A stretch of DNA of 64,000 bases from NCBI GenBank assembly GCA_963692865.2, contig OY843592.1, positions 1,152,001-1,216,000 of the forward strand, in the 5' to 3' direction. Source of the DNA: a bacterium. GTDB lineage: Bacteria > UBA8248. Every line of letters starts with the position of its first letter. Positions within the stretch are counted from its first letter, which is position 1. Both the position numbers and the translations under genes were made by a program. Positions 57,158 to 64,000 of this stretch are shown here, in pieces. The notes under the pieces were generated by a model that searched no databases, had not been told where the DNA came from, and was given only the letters and a program-made list of their open reading frames with translations.

Positions 57158-57296
57158 CGACCGGGGAGGGATCGTTTCCGGTGCTTTTGGGATGCTTTGG
57201 GGTGAAAATTCAAGTCGTTGGGGTGAAATGAGCGGGGAATAAACCCAAAAACGGGAGAAATATGATTTCTTGTCCGTCTCCGGTGATTCATCTTTG
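57158..57296 (+). repeat. ~130-bp diverged direct repeat, copy 1
   Basis: CGACCGGGGAGGGATCGTTT...GGATGCTTT.GGGTGAAAATTCA.GTCG...GTGATTCATCTTTG shared with 59454-59578. Confidence 0.85.
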
Positions 57297-57432
57297 GCGA
57301 TTCCCCCGATGCCTGATTCGCAGGCGGGAGAGGCGAACGGCGAACGGCGAACGGCGCAGCTTGGATATCGGCGGGTTGTTTCGTTCTAACTCTATGAGAT
57401 GGGTGAGGCTTTTTTTCGTTTCGGTTACTCGT

Positions 57433-58070
57433 TCATCCAGACTCCGGCGGATTGCCTAGGGATTCGAGACGCATTACCCACCTGTCGAATAGCGGGCATT
57501 CCGTGCGGATGGCGTCCAAGCCAGCTGCTGCGGCTATCAATGGCCCGTGAACTTTCTTGTTGTATCGGGGTATGAGTTGCCGTATTCGTTTGCTCGGAGC
57601 CGTCAGAGAGTTGTCGTTGATGTCTTCCGGGGTCTGGAACTTCTCCCGGATGCCCCGCAAATTCTCGATGGTTTCCGGCGTTACACCAAGCACCGGAATC
57701 ATCCGTTCAAATGCGTTCAGGTCGGAGAACAGGAGTCCTTCGAATTCATACTGTTGAACATAGGGAAATAACCGTGACTGAGCCCAGGGACGATTTATCT
57801 TCCTGTCGACTCCTTGATGGATGTGTCGCTCCAATACTTCAGATTCATCGATCCCTTATCGCGAAACCCGTAGAAGTCGACGAGCGAAGTCACGGCATCG
57901 TGGGAATGGAATAACAGAACCATTCGCTGTACGAGCCGATCTGTTGAAACATTACCTCTAAGCGAATGTGGTATCGGCTCGACTCCTTTTTCCCGCAAGT
58001 AGCCTGCGAGTACGCGCTTGACGAATTCTACTTCGGTATCTCCTTCGACGGATATGGCGACTCGGATCAA
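57433..58070 (-). pseudogene. DUF4276-like (TOPRIM-like) protein, frameshifted
   Basis: N-half (VEGDTE, TSLVDFYG) and C-half (PYVQQYEFEGLLFSD, PEDIND, APSKRI, IRTECPLF..W) in different frames; a 1-nt shift near 57843-57846 joins them. Confidence 0.8.
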
Positions 58071-59206
58071 GGCCGTCCTCCGATCAGGTTCGTTTGCCAT
58101 AGTTCGCCGGTAGTGAAGCTGTCATCCAGCCATGCTTGGTAATCGTCCGATTTGAGTTTACGGAATTTCGTTCGCCCGTCCTGCAATTCCAGCACGAAAA
58201 TCTCGTCGAGATCGAATTCATCGACGAGCAAGGGAGATTGCGTCGCCACGAAGATCTGTCTATCCACGGAGAGGCTCTTTATCATGCCGCCGACCAGGGA
58301 GACGGCCGCGGGGTGAAGCCCCAACTCGGGCTCGTCCAATAGCAGAATGTTGGGCAACATCCCGGATGGCAGATTGAGCAGTGTCGCCAGGGCGAAGAAG
58401 CGGAGCGATCCGTCGGAAGTCAAGTGCGCGCCGAAGGTCTTGTCCATTCCCTGGGCTTTCCATCGAAGCAAGACTTTTCCGTAGCTTTCCTCGATCTCGA
58501 AACGGTCGAATACCGGCAAAATCCGTCGAATCTGGTTGTTGATCCACTCGAATCGATTTATGTCCTCCCGCTCCAGGCGATGCAGAATGGCCGCCAGGTT
58601 GCCGCCGTGAGCGCGGAGGTAGTTGTTATCCTCCACGTCCCATCTTTTCTTGAAATTGGAATAGTTGGACGTGTCGTGAAATTGATAGACGGAACACTCG
58701 CGGAGCAGGTTCACAATCACTCGTGCGGTTGCAGGGTTGAAATCCTGAGGCTTGACGGCTTGCGCCGCCTCGACAATCTTGGCTTCTTCGTGCGTACCTC
58801 CCAAAGAGTACCATGGCGCCTCGCCAGTATGGTCATTTCCGTTGAATCGGAAGCACTCCTCGCTGAAATATAAGCTATCGGTATCCGCATGGGAGAGTTT
58901 GAATTGATAATCATTTCGGCCTTTGTCGGTCCGCATTCTGATTTCGGCCTCGATGCGAGAGGTAACGCGGTTGCCGCCGAAGAGTTGATCGTCGGCTCCT
59001 CCTTGAATTTTGACGAACTCGGCGAATCGCCGGGAGCGAAGCATCCAGCTTATCATCTCGAAGAAGCGGATGAAGTTGGATTTTCCCGAGCCGTTCGCGC
59101 CGATGAACACGGCGGCTTTGGGTATGTCGTTCACCTCGACGTTCGCCAAGGATCTGAACCCGCGGATATGCACGGATTCAATCGTCGTTCCGCTCATTGG
59201 CTGCAA
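58067..59206 (-). CDS. ABC/AAA_21-type ATPase
   Basis: IGANGSGKSN, SDGSLRF signature, LLDEPELGLHP, ATQSP. Confidence 0.9.
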   Translation of the reverse strand: MQPMSGTTIESVHIRGFRSLANVEVNDIPKAAVFIGANGSGKSNFIRFFEMISWMLRSRRFAEFVKIQGGADDQLFGGNRVTSRIEAEIRMRTDKGRNDYQFKLSHADTDSLYFSEECFRFNGNDHTGEAPWYSLGGTHEEAKIVEAAQAVKPQDFNPATARVIVNLLRECSVYQFHDTSNYSNFKKRWDVEDNNYLRAHGGNLAAILHRLEREDINRFEWINNQIRRILPVFDRFEIEESYGKVLLRWKAQGMDKTFGAHLTSDGSLRFFALATLLNLPSGMLPNILLLDEPELGLHPAAVSLVGGMIKSLSVDRQIFVATQSPLLVDEFDLDEIFVLELQDGRTKFRKLKSDDYQAWLDDSFTTGELWQTNLIGGRP

Positions 59207-59453
59207 ATCCTCCTTTTCTAGCCCGGCATCCTAACGATTATAGCCTGCCGACGCCAGTGGTTATTCACGCCCGATATGAACGGAGCAAATGCGGAAGCGC
59301 CGGTTTTTCCGGTATGGGTGGTCGCCAACGCGCCCCTGCGCGCCTTCCCCGAGTTTTGGGATCGACCCTCAAAGGGGAGTATTTTTCGCCGACGACCGGA
59401 GAGGGATTTTGCTCTTGTAGGGGCGGACCCGCGTGTCCGCCCGGCGTCGTTTC

Positions 59454-59578
59454 CGACCGGGGAGGGATCGTTTTCGGCGTTTTTGGATGCTTTCGGGTGA
59501 AAATTCACGTCGCTTGGGCGGATTAAGCGGCGATTCAGTCAAAAAATGAGAAAAATCATCTCCCGTGATTCATCTTTG
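59454..59578 (+). repeat. ~130-bp diverged direct repeat, copy 2
   Basis: Aligns with 57158-57296. Confidence 0.85.
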
Positions 59579-59604
59579 CTGATGAGCGCACAAGCGTCGC
59601 CGCG

Positions 59605-60276
59605 TCACCCCGCCGCGAGCTTGGCGGCTTCGCGGATTGCTCTGGTCAGACGGCCCACGGTAGTCGAAGGGTTTCCGTATGGATTGCAGCCTTGTTCGCG
59701 GTTTTGAAGTTGTCTTTCGCCGCGTTCTTCGGCGTCTTCGACTCTGGCGAACATCTCGTCGCAGTCGGGCGTTTTCCCGGAATCCCTGTCATATTCCGGT
59801 CGCAGGGATTCTAAGATTTTCTGCATCTTGTGGCGGTTTTCTTCCCGGTCGTGGTCTGTTTCGTGCAGTATGAGCCAGAGTTCGAAACACGGGTTCGAGC
59901 GGCCGACGTTGACGCCGCCTCGTTCGCAAAGCGCCACCGCTTCGTCGAAGTGAGGATGTTCGTCCCGGTCGAACACGGCCCAGACCTGGTCGTTTTCCTC
60001 GAACGAATCTATTTTCCTGCGTCTGCGCCGAGCGATTCCCAATTCCCGGGCGTGCTCGACGGCTTTTTCCGCGATGGTGCGGGGAACGCCCAGATCACCT
60101 ACTGCTTCTATGGAAATGAGGGTGCCTCTGTAGGCGCGTTTGATCGCGTCGAAATAGGCGGGTTCCGTATTCTTGCCCTCGCAAAACAGGATGAAGCGCC
60201 GCTTCGGCTCCCGTCGATAGCGGGGACGCCTCAGGTTCGAGGTTGCGCGTCTGGCGGCCTTAGTTCGACGCGCCAA
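59605..60276 (-). CDS. RloB-family protein (AbiLii-like)
   Basis: CEGKNTEPAYF, VWAVFDRD, SNPCFELWLILH, NPST.V. Confidence 0.88.
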   Translation of the reverse strand: MARRTKAARRATSNLRRPRYRREPKRRFILFCEGKNTEPAYFDAIKRAYRGTLISIEAVGDLGVPRTIAEKAVEHARELGIARRRRRKIDSFEENDQVWAVFDRDEHPHFDEAVALCERGGVNVGRSNPCFELWLILHETDHDREENRHKMQKILESLRPEYDRDSGKTPDCDEMFARVEDAEERGERQLQNREQGCNPYGNPSTTVGRLTRAIREAAKLAAG

Positions 60277-61528
60277 GAGTTGAACCAGGAGCCGTGAAGG
60301 TATCGATGAAGGGAACTCCGCCGTAGCGGCCCTGGAGATATCCTTTCTCGATGTTGTCGCCCTTGCGGGTTCGGATGTCGGTCAAGGGGTAGAGTCGGGT
60401 CGCGCCTTCGGCGTCTTTTTCAGTGAACCAGACCTCATCGCGCCGCAGTAGCGGCGAGGCCAGTAAATTGGTGTCGTGGGTCGTCGCTATGAGTTGCGCG
60501 CCTTTGGGGTTCGTCTCCCGCGAGCAGAATAATTGCATCACCGCCTCGGCGGCTTGCGTGTGCAGGCTGGCGTTCAGTTCGTCGATGAACAAGGGCGCGC
60601 CTTCGTCGAGCGCGCGAAATGCGAGATCGAGCACGATAAGCAGCCGCCGCGTTCCGGCGCTTTCTCTTTCCATATCCAGATAAAACGGCGCGTCGCCCCG
60701 CCCACGATGGGCGAGTTCGATAGTGGCCCACTTCGGTGGCTCGGGACCGCTTATCTTCTTAAGCAGCGCGAATGCCTCCTGCGGAATCCCCAGGTCTTTT
60801 TCCGAAAGTTCGGATTCACTTAGGCGGTAGTCAATAACTCCGGTATCAATTTTTCCAAGAAAATCGATCACCCGGCCATCCAGTTCTTTCCCGGTGAAAC
60901 GCTCTGAAACTTCTTCCTCGGAGGCGGCCATGTTCTGGTCGCCGCGAATCGAGCGAAAATACGAGAATACTTTTGAAATCTGTTCATGGCCGTTTTGAGC
61001 CGCTGCGGACACGAACAGGCTGTTGGGCCTCGTCAAACCGGCGATAACTCTGTTTTGTCCCCTCAACTCGCGTCCGAAACGAAATTCATCACCTGTGCGT
61101 TCGAACAACGTCTGCCGATAGGACTTTGGAAAGGCGTAAAGCCATTCAGACTCGAACGCAGAGTCTGACGCTTCGAAGCCGTAGTGATGCCGCACGCCGT
61201 CGATGAGGAAGTCGATATCGAAACGAGACGGCGACCGGGGGCTGTCCTCATCGAGCCTGAAAGGATGGCGCGGCACCTCCCCTCCTGGCTCCCCTTTAAT
61301 TTGAGACAGCAATACCATGCCGCACAAGGTCCCCATTGCGTTGACGAGGTTGCTCTTGCCCGACGCATTGGCCCCGTAGATCACTGCCGCCGGTAAAACC
61401 CGTCCACCAGACGCTGCGGCGCACTCGATAAGTCCTGCTTCTCGTCCTTTCAGCGAAGACGCCGAAAGCGACAATTCCTGATAATCGCGTATCGAGAGAT
61501 GGTTGGAGACGCCGAAGCGGAGCAACAT
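60260..61528 (-). CDS. RloA/AbiLi-like ABC ATPase
   Basis: IYGANASGKSN, ESAGTRR, IDELNASLH, AQLIATTHD, RRDEVWF.EK, YLQGRYGGVP; AGGAGG RBS. Confidence 0.88.
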   Translation of the reverse strand: MLLRFGVSNHLSIRDYQELSLSASSLKGREAGLIECAAASGGRVLPAAVIYGANASGKSNLVNAMGTLCGMVLLSQIKGEPGGEVPRHPFRLDEDSPRSPSRFDIDFLIDGVRHHYGFEASDSAFESEWLYAFPKSYRQTLFERTGDEFRFGRELRGQNRVIAGLTRPNSLFVSAAAQNGHEQISKVFSYFRSIRGDQNMAASEEEVSERFTGKELDGRVIDFLGKIDTGVIDYRLSESELSEKDLGIPQEAFALLKKISGPEPPKWATIELAHRGRGDAPFYLDMERESAGTRRLLIVLDLAFRALDEGAPLFIDELNASLHTQAAEAVMQLFCSRETNPKGAQLIATTHDTNLLASPLLRRDEVWFTEKDAEGATRLYPLTDIRTRKGDNIEKGYLQGRYGGVPFIDTFTAPGSTLGASN

Positions 61529-61761
61529 ATAATTTCCTCCTTTTCTTGACATTAAATATGCCAAGAAAAAGTCTAATTTGCAGAAACATAACATTTTATC
61601 AAAATAAAATGCAACATCTTTGCATTGAACCTGCTCCTGTGCGCCTTCTGCGCATTTCGGGCTTGCTTCTCAAGAGGAGGAGTATATGTTGACGATGGCC
61701 AAAGCAGGAGAGATTACGAGGGTGTCGAGTTTCCGTAGGGGCGGCTCGCGAGCCGCTTCCA

Positions 61762-62871
61762 CTATCGCTCAATGGGCACTACTTCTTTAGAAGGAATGGG
61801 ATAAGATTCTTCGTGACCGTCTTTCCGAATCGCCCGGAGTTCAGTCATCAACGCCTCTCCATAAGAGGTGAGCTTCCAGTAGTTTTCTGTATCTTTCAGG
61901 CTTCTGCTTTTTATGCTCTTGGTTATAAGTTTCAGAGCGTGTAACTGCACTTTGATCGTATTGAAGGCATTGTTATTAGCATTGAAATTATAGAGATATC
62001 GGCCAGAGACATTTGAGTTTTCTTGAAGTGATTCGATATTCACTTCTTTGGTCATTAGGTTCAATTCGTCCGTGAGTTCGGAATCGCTTGCTTCGTCAAT
62101 CATGTGTGGAGAAAGCCGAGCGAATATCTGCGACCAAGATGCAAGATACGATGCAGTAAAGGTGTCATAAAAACGGCTTATGGCTCTGATGGAGTCGTTG
62201 GGGTCTGAGTTGGATGACCGAAAAGTATATTTTATCTCGAATTCGTCGTCGCCTTGCGCCAGGTGTACAGTTTCTTGTGGAGGCGTGGTGCTTACTGTTT
62301 CGAGTTCTCGCTCCAGTTCATCTACTTTCTTCCTGAGTTCTAGGATTTCTTTGTTTGCATCTTGGGATGGCAAGAGATCCGCTTTCACCCAACCTGTCGC
62401 GGGGTTATTCTTTATGAGCTTGATAAGGCTACGACTTACGACGGAGCCAAGGTCCGCTGGAGTTTTCCAGTAGTTGACCATCTTTTTTTGAGCAAGACTA
62501 CGAAAATCGTCTAGTTTTTTCGTTTTTTCAGAGTCTTTTTCTGTGTTCTCGGCAGGAAGTTTTCCAGGTTCCTTGTGCAAAAATGCGATTACCGGTTTCT
62601 CCTGAGAAATTGCATATTCGTATTCCAACTGCGTAAAGCTCTTCCCCTCTTTGCCAATTGAGCCGTAACGCCCGGCGATGATCACGATATAATAGTCGCA
62701 ATCGTCGATAGCCCGCTTTATCAGAGTCCATTGATCATCGTCAGCAGCGGGAAACAGCTCCATGCCTGCCGGAATGCAGTCTAATTCCAATAACGCCTGC
62801 ATAACCTCTTGGCGCGCTTCGCGAAGGTCTGTATATGTCGAGCTTACGAATACTTGATAACGCTTATCCAT
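61762..62871 (-). CDS. DUF4062 domain-containing protein
   Basis: KRYQVFVSSTYTDL...R, PAGMELFPA, CDYYIVIIAGRYGS, SFTQLEYEYA; AT-rich. Confidence 0.88.
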   Translation of the reverse strand: MDKRYQVFVSSTYTDLREARQEVMQALLELDCIPAGMELFPAADDDQWTLIKRAIDDCDYYIVIIAGRYGSIGKEGKSFTQLEYEYAISQEKPVIAFLHKEPGKLPAENTEKDSEKTKKLDDFRSLAQKKMVNYWKTPADLGSVVSRSLIKLIKNNPATGWVKADLLPSQDANKEILELRKKVDELERELETVSTTPPQETVHLAQGDDEFEIKYTFRSSNSDPNDSIRAISRFYDTFTASYLASWSQIFARLSPHMIDEASDSELTDELNLMTKEVNIESLQENSNVSGRYLYNFNANNNAFNTIKVQLHALKLITKSIKSRSLKDTENYWKLTSYGEALMTELRAIRKDGHEESYPIPSKEVVPIER

Positions 62872-63125
62872 CGGCTATTCCTGTACTGGAATGAGATACG
62901 ATAGGATTGGCTCTGCTCAGAATACATGGCAGAGCAAACATATCCCGCGTTGAAAATCGAATCAAGACGAGTTCGCTCCTCGTTCGACTTTGCCCCCACT
63001 GGCGCGACTGTGGGCTTGCGCTATTGTTTTGCAGATTCTCCCTTAAGGGAGTATTGTTTACCAACAACCGAGGGGTGAGAGATTGTGTAGGGGCGGGCCC
63101 CTGTGCCCGCCTGCGCGGTTCGCCT

Positions 63126-64000
63126 TTAATAAGGCTTCGTGCTTTTCCCGCCGTGGACGCTCGGCTCGGCGCACCACTGGCGGCGGATGACGTCGAACTC
63201 CTCCGCGACCTCCTTCGGAACGCCGAGCAACTCCACGAGCAGGGCCTCGTCGAGGGCCTTCCTGGCGGGATCGTGGTAGCTCTCGTTGGCGGGCAGGAAC
63301 TCCGCGTCTTGGAACCGCTCGAACAGGGCGTCGGCTTTCGCGAGCATCGCTTCGTCGAATCGCCGGGGATCGATTGAAGGGACTGACGGCAGGGCGGAAA
63401 TTGTTACTCTCGTCCGCCCGAGTTGCTGCCTGGTTCCCTCCCACCAATAGCCCATCAGCCCGAGCGTCGAGTTCAGCCACAGCAGGACGGGGATTTCGTG
63501 CGCCTCATCCTCCAGGACGAAGTTCGGCCAGGCCGTGCCGCCCAGGGCCTTCTCCGGCGTCAGGCAGGCCGCCAGACTTTGCGAGTTGATCTGGAAGTCG
63601 AGCGTCAGGTGGAGTCGGGACGCGAAGCGTTTCCAGGCGTCGGCCGCCTTGGCTTCGTATCCCTCCCGGACCACCAGTTCACAATCCTCCCGCACGACGA
63701 ACGAGCGCTCCCGCTCCGCGGCGTGGCGCCAGAGCGCGGGGTAGGTGGGGACCTGACCGGGGCGCAAGGGCGCCTGGTCGAACAGCCCCCTCGGAGGCGC
63801 TCCGGTAAGGTCCCGGTGAAGGAGTCCTCGATTTCCCAATGCGTCTAATATCGTAACGGGTATATCCGTCGTTTCGTTCCGTCTCGTCGCCAAAAATTCG
63901 CCGTCCGCAAGCGAGAGCATGAATCTGGCGAGGTCGGCTTCCGCCACGCCCGCGCAGCCGCAACTGAACCGCCCGGCGTTGATGTAGCTCCCGTTGCCGG
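63126..64000 (-). CDS. Partial (C-terminal) large protein, probably a type IIG-like restriction-modification enzyme specificity region
   Basis: Frame open to the window edge; LLWLNSTLGL..YWW...Q.GRTR.TI..LP..P.IDPR resembles RM target-recognition tails; defence context. Confidence 0.5.
   Translation of the reverse strand, partial: GNGSYINAGRFSCGCAGVAEADLARFMLSLADGEFLATRRNETTDIPVTILDALGNRGLLHRDLTGAPPRGLFDQAPLRPGQVPTYPALWRHAAERERSFVVREDCELVVREGYEAKAADAWKRFASRLHLTLDFQINSQSLAACLTPEKALGGTAWPNFVLEDEAHEIPVLLWLNSTLGLMGYWWEGTRQQLGRTRVTISALPSVPSIDPRRFDEAMLAKADALFERFQDAEFLPANESYHDPARKALDEALLVELLGVPKEVAEEFDVIRRQWCAEPSVHGGKSTKPY

Noticed and set aside
55400-57500. selC as integration site for the defence island
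   Set aside because: The island lies on the 5' side beyond another metabolic gene; no integrase or duplicated tRNA 3' end was seen in the window
57433-58100. Selenocysteine read-through explaining the split DUF4276 gene
   Set aside because: The halves are in different frames, so this is a frameshift, not an in-frame UGA; no convincing selenoprotein was noticed in the window
57300-63126. Integron cassette array
   Set aside because: No clear RYYYAAC...GTTRRRY attC structures and no intI in the window

Overview
GC-rich bacterial chromosomal window. The many redox/catabolic genes, dense palindromic repeats and repeat-rich autotransporter resemble uncultured host-associated lineages, but that is weak inference only. 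In order: catabolic genes; a HigBA toxin-antitoxin pair between 32-bp direct repeats; a helicase IV-like gene fused in frame to a MotA/ZorA-like membrane segment; an orphan DNA methyltransferase; a two-gene RiPP locus (NHLP-leader precursor with a Trp-containing core plus a putative prenyltransferase-like maturase). Next comes an ~18 kb signalling region: NCS2 permease fused to a degenerate RsbW-like domain, REC, REC-PP2C, RsbW, periplasmic binding protein, TorS-like kinase, STAS anti-anti-sigma, PLP aromatic amino-acid decarboxylase and a 4x tandem Cache-repeat autotransporter, with no sigma factor. The rest holds clusters of nested MITE/REP-like repeats with 5-bp target duplications, sugar epimerases, an AT-richer HD-hydrolase/YwgA-like pair, malQ, a GntR-associated ABC/peptidase/oxidoreductase catabolic operon, tRNA-Sec, and a terminal defence island (ATPase + frameshifted DUF4276, RloAB/AbiL-like pair, DUF4062, partial RM-like gene). 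All family calls come from motif recognition by eye, not database searches.
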